Virus genome (UHGV): UHGV-0146801
Length of the DNA: 39,348 nt
DNA from: a virus
Strand: one strand, 5' to 3'
In this document: positions 1 to 8,249 of the stretch, piece after piece
Layout: each line of letters starts with the position of its first letter
Numbering within the stretch: the first letter of the stretch is position 1
Made by a program: the position numbers and the translations under genes
The notes under the pieces: generated by a model
What the model saw: only the letters and a program-made list of their open reading frames with translations
Told to the model about the DNA's origin: nothing
Database searches by the model: none

Positions 1-9
1 TTAGCAAGG

Positions 10-29
10 TTGTGTACATTTGTACACAA
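10..29. promoter_or_regulatory. Perfect palindrome TTGTGTACA-tt-TGTACACAA upstream of rcdA; candidate TetR-family operator
   Basis: 9-bp inverted repeat with 2-bp spacer read directly in sequence, about 20 bp upstream of the ATG at 50. Confidence 0.4.
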
Positions 30-49
30 TTGCAGAGAGAGGAAATGAC

Positions 50-586
50 ATGCGTCGCGCTAACGATCCGCAACGGCGAGAAAAAATTATCCAGGCCACG
101 CTGGAGGCGGTGAAACTTTACGGAATACATGCTGTTACGCACCGCAAAATTGCTACCCTTGCCGGGGTACCGTTGGGATCGATGACCTACTATTTTTCAG
201 GAATTGATGAGTTGTTACTGGAGGCGTTCAGCAGTTTTACTGAGATCATGTCCCGGCAATATCAGGCATTTTTTAGCGATGTTAGTGATGCTCCGGGCGC
301 ATGCCAGGCTATCACCGATATGATCTACAGCTCACAGGTTGCAACGCCGGATAACATGGAGCTGATGTACCAGCTCTACGCGCTGGCTAGCCGAAAACCG
401 CTATTAAAAACGGTAATGCAAAACTGGATGCAGCGCAGTCAGCAAACGCTCGAACAATGGTTTGAACCCGGAACCGCCCGCGCGCTTGATGCGTTTATTG
501 AGGGGATGACGCTGCATTTTGTCACCGACCGTAAGCCGCTATCGCGCGAGGAGATTTTGAGGATGGTTGAGAGGGTTGCAGGGTAG
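50..586 (+). CDS. rcdA: TetR-family transcriptional regulator RcdA/YbjK (host gene)
   Basis: Translation [49 protein letters not shown] shows a TetR HTH and matches E. coli RcdA as recalled; the six-frame ORF starts at a TTG at 20, but ATG at 50 follows a GAGAGAGG RBS. Confidence 0.8.
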
Positions 587-602
587 TAGATAAGTTTTAG
601 AT

Positions 603-616
603 AACAAAAAACCCAT
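603..616. repeat. Left copy of 14-bp direct repeat AACAAAAAACCCAT (candidate prophage att core)
   Basis: Identical 14-mer at 36521..36534; lies between the host rcdA stop and phage int. Confidence 0.55.
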
Positions 617-690
617 TTATGTAAACGGGTTAATGAAAACAATAAGTTAGAGCAAAAACAATAAGTTGGGTTGGTGGTCAGTGGTGGTGA

Positions 691-1743
691 TTACGGGGTA
701 ATGCCAACCGCTGCCGCCACTTTGTCGCCACTTGGCAGCGTTGCCAGAGGATTGAAACGGAGCGCCGTTTCCAGATGATCCGGTGCCAGATGTGCGTAAC
801 GCATAGTCATTTTTATATCGTGGTGTCCGAGAATTTTTTGTAAGGCCAGAATGTTTCCACCCGACATCATGAAGTGCGCCGCAAACGTATGGCGCAGAAC
901 GTGTGTGAGTTGACCGCGAGGGAGCACGATAGACGTTTTTTCCATCACGGATAAAAATTGAAAATAGCAGTCTGTAAAGAAATTGAACCCATCAAGCGCC
1001 ATGATCTCTTCGTAAAGCTCTTTACTTATAGGGATGCTTCTGTTTTTCTTCCCCTTCGTTCTGACAAAGGTAATTCGGTATTTGGTCACCTGTGAGCGGG
1101 TAAGATTTACGGCTTCACGCCAGCGTGCGCCTGTGCTTAAGCATATCTTAACTACCAGTGCCAGAATTGGGTCCTGACGTTTGCAATCAGCCAGCAATTC
1201 AACAATCTGCTCATGGGTAAGCCATGCCATCTCTTTTTCTGCGATGGTGAATTTTCGCATGTTCTCCAGTGGGTTCGGATACGACCATTCGCCCAGACGG
1301 GATAGTTCGCTAAAAACACTACTTAGATAGCTTTGCTCCAGGTTAATGGTGACCGGGCTTGCTCCTTTCTTCCATTTCTCGCTGAAGTAGATCTCGCCTG
1401 TCAGGCGTTTATCTCGATAGTGGGCAAACATTTTAGAGGTGAGATCGGTTGCAAGAGGATTGCCCAGAGCGTCAACCATCAACAGCAATTTGTCATAGAC
1501 ATGCTGCCCAGCTGTCAGAGATTTACCATGTAGTTTGAACCATAGCTCAACCACGTCTTTCAGTGTTCGACGATCCACTGATTCACCCAGCCAGGGCTTT
1601 GCTTCGGTTTCTTCCATCGTGTGGCGCTCAAAAGCCAGAGCTTCGCCTTTGGTGGCGAATTGTTTACGCACCCGACGCCCACTACGTCCGGCGGGGTAAC
1701 ATTCGCAAAGCCATTTTCCTGTGGTGAGTTTTCGTACTGCCAT
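691..1743 (-). CDS. int: Tyrosine integrase, P2-type
   Basis: 350 aa; C-terminal catalytic region with HVLRHTFA...LGHHDIKMTMRYAHL (R..HxxR..Y signature); adjacent to att repeat. Confidence 0.9.
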   Translation of the reverse strand: MAVRKLTTGKWLCECYPAGRSGRRVRKQFATKGEALAFERHTMEETEAKPWLGESVDRRTLKDVVELWFKLHGKSLTAGQHVYDKLLLMVDALGNPLATDLTSKMFAHYRDKRLTGEIYFSEKWKKGASPVTINLEQSYLSSVFSELSRLGEWSYPNPLENMRKFTIAEKEMAWLTHEQIVELLADCKRQDPILALVVKICLSTGARWREAVNLTRSQVTKYRITFVRTKGKKNRSIPISKELYEEIMALDGFNFFTDCYFQFLSVMEKTSIVLPRGQLTHVLRHTFAAHFMMSGGNILALQKILGHHDIKMTMRYAHLAPDHLETALRFNPLATLPSGDKVAAAVGITP

Positions 1744-1829
1744 AATAAAGCCCTCATATCAGAGGGCTAAATTTAACTGTATGTTTGACCAGTGGTCAAT
1801 GTATGGTTTAGTTTATTCAAACAATGCTT

Positions 1830-3347
1830 TTAATCAAATGATGTGGCCAGTTCAATTAATTCAATGTAATTATGTAAGGCATAAAAAGATGTATTCAGTC
1901 CATTCTCTATAAGGGCTCCTTGCAAATACTTTATAGCTGTATCACCATCAATAGGGCCTTGTTGAGATTTAATCATTAGTGAATTTTGCCCATTGTTTTT
2001 TATACTTGATTTAAGTATTTTTATATTATTGATAAAATACAATGCAACATCTAAGTAATTTATTAATGTTAAACTTATTTTGGGCTCGATCTGTGAGATG
2101 AATAATCTACTGTTCGCCGTTGTATAGATATAATTGACACCTATTCTTTGCTGATTTGTATCAAGATTTAATTCAAGGATGGCTTGAGAAACACCTTTTA
2201 AATTGGAGCTTTGCTTTATCGAATCAGTGAAACGTTGTGCTGCATTTCTTCGACCAATTAGTCCATCTATAATTTGACGATCCTTATCATATATAATCAT
2301 TAGCGAAATTATAAAAATATAATCTACTTTCTTTTTGACTAAATCAGATTTAAGAATGTCTATTAACCTTTCAGTATTTCGGATTGAGTCTCTTAGATTT
2401 AACCCAAATGCTTCAAATACGTTGGAAATATTTATTGAAAAGTCTTCTAATGTTGCGGTTAGTGGGTATGTTTTTGATGTGATATTTTCAAACTCGGTAC
2501 CAATATAATCACCAACAACACCATTAATTAAATCTTTAAGTTCAGGTTGTTTTAAAGTAAATCTTCTATGAAAAAAACGGCCTAAATAGTCATTTGCGGA
2601 AAAATCATTACCGTAAACATTCTTGATTGAATGTTGTAATTGATCTGTGTCAGTAGCAATAATAAAGACAAAATTTTTAATATCGAATATATGTTTAACA
2701 ATCTCTAAAAGAGAAATTGCATAATCTGGCCTGCATCTGTCTAATTCATCTATAAAGATAAATATAGGACATGAAAAACTATTTTCATATGCCAACCTAG
2801 ACCATAACGTAAGTTCTTTTTTTAATACCTTAATGCTCTTCAGTTTTTCCTGGTGTTCCTTCAGCATTATTAATGAGGCTTCTTTGGCTATATCACCTAC
2901 GTTATCTACTCCTGCATAAGTCTTGATTAGGCCAGATATGATTTCAGGTAGAACACCTTTTGTAAAGCGTCCGATAGCATGGCCGCTTTGTATCAATCGA
3001 GCATCAAGTTTTCCTGCATATGTTTGCAATTGTTGTGACAAAGAAGAAAAAAGGGTTAAAAATGCATCATCAGAAAAGTCTTGCTTCCAGGCATCAATGT
3101 AAACGCATGGGTGTGCATCTTTTATTGAGTTATAAAATCTCTTTATGAAAAAACTTTTACCAGCTCCCCATTCTGCATTAAGGTTGATTACCGTGTTGTT
3201 CTTTTGCCCCTTTTCCTTAAGATAAAAATATAGATATTCTGCATAGTGTCTCCGATTAAGTTTGTCTTTGGAGAGAATTTCCTCTTCGTCGTCTAATATA
3301 AAGGTAGTTTCTTCATCCCAGTTCCAATTACAATCACCACATTTCAC
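1830..3347 (-). CDS. KAP-family P-loop NTPase (cargo, candidate defence gene)
   Basis: 505 aa; Walker A with KAP-type tryptophan NAEWGAGKSFF and Walker B IFIFIDELDRCRP (DELDRC motif); AT-rich coding sequence. Confidence 0.8.
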   Translation of the reverse strand: MKCGDCNWNWDEETTFILDDEEEILSKDKLNRRHYAEYLYFYLKEKGQKNNTVINLNAEWGAGKSFFIKRFYNSIKDAHPCVYIDAWKQDFSDDAFLTLFSSLSQQLQTYAGKLDARLIQSGHAIGRFTKGVLPEIISGLIKTYAGVDNVGDIAKEASLIMLKEHQEKLKSIKVLKKELTLWSRLAYENSFSCPIFIFIDELDRCRPDYAISLLEIVKHIFDIKNFVFIIATDTDQLQHSIKNVYGNDFSANDYLGRFFHRRFTLKQPELKDLINGVVGDYIGTEFENITSKTYPLTATLEDFSINISNVFEAFGLNLRDSIRNTERLIDILKSDLVKKKVDYIFIISLMIIYDKDRQIIDGLIGRRNAAQRFTDSIKQSSNLKGVSQAILELNLDTNQQRIGVNYIYTTANSRLFISQIEPKISLTLINYLDVALYFINNIKILKSSIKNNGQNSLMIKSQQGPIDGDTAIKYLQGALIENGLNTSFYALHNYIELIELATSFD

Positions 3348-3372
3348 TATGAAGTCTCCATGAAAAATTTAC

Positions 3373-4296
3373 TTAATGTAAACAACTTATAATAACTTTT
3401 GCAATAAACTCAATGTCTGTAAGCGAACATTCAAAAGAGTGATTTTTGGATGAAATATAAACTCGTCCTTTAGGTAGTCGAGTTATCATTCTAAATGAAT
3501 TCTCTCCATCAATATTTACTAGCCACTTACCATCATGTACATCTTTAAAACCCATTTCACATATTAATTCAGAGTCTTCGGTAGATACTACGAATGCATT
3601 TTTTAAATTGGAAGGTAGAAAACATGGGTCAAATAAATATGAGCCATCATTTATTAACTTGCCATTGATTAATACTTTTTTCACTAATGTTAAAGTATCT
3701 TTATTTTTTGCGTTTTTCATTTCTCCTGTACCAAATGAAATCCATTCAATAGAATGGCCCGTTTCTATTGCACACTGCAAAACCCAGTCTGCAGGAAAAA
3801 TGTCACGCATGTATCGTGTGGCTAATGTGCTTTTTGAAATACCTAGGTGATCAGCTAATGCTTGGCGCGTTTTGTAACCGTAAGCCTCGACAATTCGTTC
3901 TATTGTTGCCTTACCCCCTCGGTTAAAATTCATGAGTTTTTCATTATCGAACTTTATAGTGGGAATGTATACTTCATTGCAAAGGCCATTAACGGCATGT
4001 TTTTCAGAATATTGCTCTGATGAAGGAGCAGTATCTGAACCAAGAACTAACCATTCAATTGATGCTCCTGTTTCTATGGAACATATAACAACCCAATCTG
4101 CAGGAAAGGTATTACGTGCATATCTGTTGGCCATAGTACTTTGGGAAATACCTAGATGATTACATAATGCCTGTCGTGACTTGAAGCCATAGGCTAGGAG
4201 TATACGCTCAATAACTTTTTGCCCTCCACGATTCTGCATGACTATTGCTTTCAGATCGTTTTTGATATGGCTAAATTTTAATTTTTGAGTTGACAT
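3373..4296 (-). CDS. CI-repressor paralog with two tandem N-terminal HTH domains and a CI-like C-terminal domain
   Basis: 307 aa; two copies of the I(E)R(I/M)(L/V)xAYG(F/Y)K(S/T)RQAL..HLGISxST(M/L)A.RY.R..FPADWV block, and a C-terminus that aligns with the adjacent CI (LPKGRV vs LPGGRI, FLPSNLKNAFVV vs FLPSTLKNPFVI). Confidence 0.75.
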   Translation of the reverse strand: MSTQKLKFSHIKNDLKAIVMQNRGGQKVIERILLAYGFKSRQALCNHLGISQSTMANRYARNTFPADWVVICSIETGASIEWLVLGSDTAPSSEQYSEKHAVNGLCNEVYIPTIKFDNEKLMNFNRGGKATIERIVEAYGYKTRQALADHLGISKSTLATRYMRDIFPADWVLQCAIETGHSIEWISFGTGEMKNAKNKDTLTLVKKVLINGKLINDGSYLFDPCFLPSNLKNAFVVSTEDSELICEMGFKDVHDGKWLVNIDGENSFRMITRLPKGRVYISSKNHSFECSLTDIEFIAKVIISCLH

Positions 4297-4346
4297 ATTT
4301 TTTACACCACAACAAATGCTTTACCAAGCATAAAAACATTCCTATA

Positions 4347-4922
4347 TTACTCAAAGTACTTAACTGTTATGGTTATAATTTTTCCAATAATTTCGATTTC
4401 TTCTTTTTTACATTCGAAAGCCCTATTTCCACCTTCAACTAAGATTCTTCCACCAGGTAAACGAGTGATATCGCGGATTGTTACTTCGGCATCAATACTT
4501 ATTACCCATTTGCCGTCACGAATATCGTTAAACTCTTTATCGCAAATAAAAACGGAATTGTTATCGGTGATTACAAACGGATTTTTGAGCGTAGATGGTA
4601 GAAATTCTTTATCGAAAATATAAAAACCATCTTCCTGCAAGGTTCCATCAGATAATACATATTTAACGACTTCCATAGTATTTGTATTACCTGAAGTTTG
4701 CTTTGAACCATGTCCGGTCGTGAGCCAGTTAAGCGAGGCGCCCGTTTCAAGTGCGCACTGGATTACCCATTCAGCAGGGAATGAGTCACGCATATAGCGT
4801 GTGGCGAGAGTACTTTTAGAGATTCCTAAGTGATCGCACAACGCCTGTCGAGTCTTGAAGCCATATGCTTCTACCATGCGCTCTATAGCGCCTCGTCCGC
4901 CTTTCTCCAAATTCATGGTCAC
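4347..4922 (-). CDS. cI: Immunity repressor CI, phage 186 type
   Basis: 191 aa; N-terminal HTH (AYGFKTRQALCDHLGISKSTLATRY) and C-terminal oligomerisation-like domain; divergent from apl/cII as in 186. Confidence 0.85.
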   Translation of the reverse strand: MTMNLEKGGRGAIERMVEAYGFKTRQALCDHLGISKSTLATRYMRDSFPAEWVIQCALETGASLNWLTTGHGSKQTSGNTNTMEVVKYVLSDGTLQEDGFYIFDKEFLPSTLKNPFVITDNNSVFICDKEFNDIRDGKWVISIDAEVTIRDITRLPGGRILVEGGNRAFECKKEEIEIIGKIITITVKYFE

Positions 4923-4940
4923 TCCAAGTGAACTTTTGTC

Positions 4941-4969
4941 TTGACGATTTCATTATGCGATCGTATGTT
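4941..4969 (+). promoter_or_regulatory. Candidate lytic promoter pR (-35 TTGACG, 17-bp spacer, -10 TATGTT) in the cI-apl switch region
   Basis: Sigma70-like hexamers with canonical spacing read in the 119-bp cI/apl intergenic region. Confidence 0.4.
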
Positions 4970-5041
4970 TATGATGTTCACAAAATACAAACGATCCGTA
5001 TTCGTCCTGATTAATCAACATTAAACGAGGAATGTTGCATC

Positions 5042-5263
5042 ATGAAACATAACATTTCAATCACTCTTACCACGCCTCATGTGACTATTGAACGTTATAG
5101 CGAGCTGACAGGGCTATCCATCGATACTATCAATGACATGTTGGCTGATGGACGTCTTATCCGTCACCGTCTGCGGAAAGATAAAAAACGCGAAAAAGTG
5201 ATGATCAACATAGCAGCCATGACCGTTGATGCGCTTTCAGAATGCAATCTAAACCTTAATTAG
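5042..5263 (+). CDS. apl: Apl/Cox-like excisionase-repressor
   Basis: 73 aa small basic protein, first gene of the rightward operon facing cI; position as in phage 186. Confidence 0.6.
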   Translation: MKHNISITLTTPHVTIERYSELTGLSIDTINDMLADGRLIRHRLRKDKKREKVMINIAAMTVDALSECNLNLN

Positions 5264-5289
5264 TTCGATTCTGAAATACATCAGAGGCA

Positions 5290-5805
5290 TTGACCATGTT
5301 TGATTACCAAGTTTCCAAACATCCACATTTTGATGAAGCCTGTCGTGCATTCGCATTGCGCCACAACCTGGTGCAACTGGCAGAACGTGCTGGCATGAAT
5401 GTGCAGATTCTGCGGAACAAGCTGAACCCAGCTCAACCTCATTTATTAACCGCACCAGAAATCTGGCTGCTTACCGATCTGACTGAAGATTCAACGCTGA
5501 TAGATGGTTTTCTGGCACAGATTCACTGCCTGCCATGTGTACCGATTAATGAGGTAGCAAAAGAGAAACTGCCGCATTACGTCATGAGTGCAACCGCAGA
5601 GATCGGGCGTGTTGCTGCAGGTGCGGTATCTGGCGATGTAAAAACCAGTGCAGGTCGTCGTGATGCTATCAGCAGCATTAACTCTGTAACACGACTGATG
5701 GCGCTGGCTGCTGTTTCATTGCAGGCCCGTTTACAGGCTAACCCTGCGATGGTGAGTGCAGTTGATACCGTGACTGGCCTCGGTGCTTCATTCGGTTTGC
5801 TGTGA
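5290..5805 (+). CDS. cII: CII-like lysogeny establishment regulator (186 type)
   Basis: 171 aa; position immediately after apl; alpha-helical N-terminus, size matches 186 CII. Confidence 0.6.
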   Translation: MTMFDYQVSKHPHFDEACRAFALRHNLVQLAERAGMNVQILRNKLNPAQPHLLTAPEIWLLTDLTEDSTLIDGFLAQIHCLPCVPINEVAKEKLPHYVMSATAEIGRVAAGAVSGDVKTSAGRRDAISSINSVTRLMALAAVSLQARLQANPAMVSAVDTVTGLGASFGLL

Positions 5806-5812
5806 GGTACTT

Positions 5813-6109
5813 GTGCTGAAGAAAGAACCATCATTTGCATCGCTGCTGGTAAAACAAAGCCCGGCAATGCATTACGGTCACGGCTGGATCATGGGTGAGG
5901 ATGGTAAACGCTGGCATCCATGTCATTCACAAGATGAATTGCTGTCTGAATTGACCACGAGGAAACGGAGAAAGTCAAAATGTATGCAGCGGAAAGTGAA
6001 GTGGTTTATCAGTTTCGTTACAGAGGGGAGAGTTATTCAGTACCTGAAGATGATTTGCTCTGTTGTTATCCGTCGTTGTCGGGCGATGGCAGTTACTTTT
6101 TCACGCTAA
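5813..6109 (+). CDS. Possible Fil-like (filamentation) protein; GTG start
   Basis: GAGG RBS 5 nt upstream of GTG 5813; N-terminal part (KEPSFASLLVKQSPAMHYGHGWI...KRWHPC) looks protein-like, but the 3' part overlaps the next ORF and looks low quality. Confidence 0.3.
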   Translation: MLKKEPSFASLLVKQSPAMHYGHGWIMGEDGKRWHPCHSQDELLSELTTRKRRKSKCMQRKVKWFISFVTEGRVIQYLKMICSVVIRRCRAMAVTFSR

Positions 6110-6204
6110 GGGATGGGACGTTTTTACGGGGAGAGCAGGTTAAAGAGACGATACGAAAAAATGTATCTCCTCTTGAACGTTACCGTAAGAACAAAGAACG
6201 ATAG
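5980..6204 (+). CDS. Hypothetical small early protein
   Basis: 74 aa ORF with GGAG RBS; plausible composition; overlaps the preceding frame. Confidence 0.4.
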   Translation: MYAAESEVVYQFRYRGESYSVPEDDLLCCYPSLSGDGSYFFTLRDGTFLRGEQVKETIRKNVSPLERYRKNKER

Positions 6205-6226
6205 TTGCGTTTTGGGGATATGAATT

Positions 6227-6568
6227 ATGGCAATTAATGGCGCTGCGGCGACTGTTCCATTAAGCCCCGGTGAACGCCTGAATGGACTTAATCACATTGC
6301 GGAGTTAAGGGCGAAAGTATTTGGCCTGAATATTGAGTCAGAGCTTGAGCGGTTTATTAAAGATATGTGTGATCCACGGGATATCAATAACGAACAAAAT
6401 AAACGAGCACTGGCTGCCATATTCTTTATGGCAAAAATTCCAGCTGAACGTCATAGCATCAGCATTAATGAGCTGACCACTGACGAAAAGCGGGAGCTGA
6501 TTAAAGCAATGAATCATTTTCGTGCAGTGGTGAGCTTATTTCCCAGACGGCTAACCATGCCGAATTAA
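6227..6568 (+). CDS. Hypothetical early protein
   Basis: 113 aa ORF in the early operon. Confidence 0.5.
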   Translation: MAINGAAATVPLSPGERLNGLNHIAELRAKVFGLNIESELERFIKDMCDPRDINNEQNKRALAAIFFMAKIPAERHSISINELTTDEKRELIKAMNHFRAVVSLFPRRLTMPN

Positions 6569-6629
6569 CCAATTAATGAAAATCATGGCGTAAACCCGCC
6601 GGGCATCCCTTTATCTAAATTCAGGAGAA

Positions 6630-6869
6630 TTGATTATGCGTAATATTGAAACCCTCACGACTAAAACCGGACCGGACGACGCAGGGCTTAATATTTTACT
6701 GACAGAGGCTCGTCTGGAAGAACGCCGGGCAAGGGCTGAAGCAATGGCAGCTCGCCTTGATAGCCTGGCGTGTCATATCACATCCAGCCAGCTAAACCAC
6801 GTCGAAGCGGCAGAACTGCTGCGTGTAACTGCTGAAGCAATCCAGAACGAAGCGCAGGAGATCCACTAA
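6630..6869 (+). CDS. Small early protein (DUF2732-like as recalled)
   Basis: 79 aa ORF with AGGAG RBS; stop overlaps the next start (ATG 6869). Confidence 0.5.
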   Translation: MIMRNIETLTTKTGPDDAGLNILLTEARLEERRARAEAMAARLDSLACHITSSQLNHVEAAELLRVTAEAIQNEAQEIH

Positions 6870-7096
6870 TGGCTGATGCAATGGATCTCGTACAGCAGCG
6901 CGTTGAAGAAGAACGCCAGCGCCATATTCGTGCTGCCCGTGCCAAAACACCGGGCGTGTCTCGTGTGCTTTGCATTGAGTGTGAAGCGCCAATTCCGCCA
7001 GCACGACGCCGCGCCATTCCGGGAGTGCAGCTTTGCATTACCTGCCAGGAAATCGCAGAGCTGAAAGGCAAACATTACAACGGAGGTGCTGTATGA
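6869..7096 (+). CDS. TraR/DksA-family C4 zinc-finger protein
   Basis: 75 aa with CIECEAPIP...CITCQ (CxxC-N17-CxxC). Confidence 0.7.
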
Positions 7097-7395
7097 CAAG
7101 GGCAGTGCGTATCCATCAATTAAAAATTGCACCTAAGTATTTCAACGCTGTGGTTGCAGGTCAAAAGACGGCTGAACTTCGTAAAGACGATCGTGGCTAT
7201 AAAGTTGGTGATGTTCTTTCTCTTTGCGAATGGAAGCATGGCGTATTTACGGGTAGGGAATGGGCCGCTGTTATCTCTCATGTGCTTCCGGTTAATGACG
7301 TCATGGCAGTTTCAGAACAATGGGTGATGCTATCAATTCGCCCATTAACCCCATTAGAAGCTTTAGGATATGTTATTGCAGGAGGTGCTGTATGA
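7093..7395 (+). CDS. Small PUA/ASCH-like protein (DUF3850-like as recalled)
   Basis: ATG 7093 after GGAGG RBS; ATGA overlap with upstream stop; 100 aa. Confidence 0.5.
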
Positions 7396-8249
7396 GCACC
7401 ATCCTGAAATGGGCGGGTAATAAAACTGCCATTATGTCCGAACTGAAAAAACATCTTCCTGCTGGCCCGCGACTGGTTGAACCTTTCGCGGGTTCCTGTG
7501 CTGTGATGATGGAGACGGATTACCCCAGCTATCTTGTTGCGGATATTAATCCTGATTTAATCAACCTCTATAAAAAGGTTGCTGCTGATTGCGAGGCGTT
7601 TATATCTCGTGCCAGAGCTTTATTTGAGGAAGCAAACAGGGAGGTGGCTTATTACAACATAAGGCAGGAGTTTAATTACTCCACTGAAATTACTGATTTC
7701 ATGAAAGCGGTATATTTCCTGTATCTCAATCGTCATGGTTACCGTGGGTTATGTCGTTATAACAAGAGCGGGCATTTCAACATTCCATACGGTAATTATA
7801 AAAATCCGTATTTCCCTGAAAAAGAAGTTCGCGCATTTGCAGAGAAAGCCCAGCGAGCAACGTTTATCTGCGCCAGCTTTGATGAAACGCTGGCGATGCT
7901 GCAGGTGGGGGATGTGGTGTATTGCGATCCGCCTTATGACGGTACGTTTTCCGGCTATCACACTGACGGCTTCACTGAAGATGACCAGTATCACCTGGCA
8001 TCTGTTCTTGAATATCGATCATCAGAAGGTCATCCAGTCATTGTTTCTAACAGTGACACATCCCTGATCCGTTCGCTGTATCGAAATTTCACTCACCACT
8101 ACATCAAGGCAAAACGCAGCATCGGCGTGTCGGCTGGCGAGAGTAAATCTGCAACAGAAATCATTGCTGTTTCCGGGGCGCGCTGCTGGGTGGGATTTGA
8201 TCCTTCGTGTGGCGTGGATAGTTCTGCTGTGTACGAGGTGCGTGTATGA
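7392..8249 (+). CDS. dam: DNA adenine methyltransferase (Dam-like, no cognate nuclease nearby)
   Basis: N-terminal KWAGNK and FAGSCAV (SAM-binding) and catalytic DPPY motif ([10 protein letters not shown]); ATG 7392 after GGAGG. Confidence 0.85.

Noticed and set aside
439-642. 67-aa reverse ORF overlapping the rcdA 3' end and the att region
   Set aside because: Overlaps the host rcdA coding sequence antisense; no RBS; likely spurious.
3608-4159. Two similar + strand ORFs (80 and 75 aa) inside the CI-paralog gene
   Set aside because: They are antisense images of the two tandem HTH repeats; their similarity to each other reflects the duplication on the coding strand, not separate genes.
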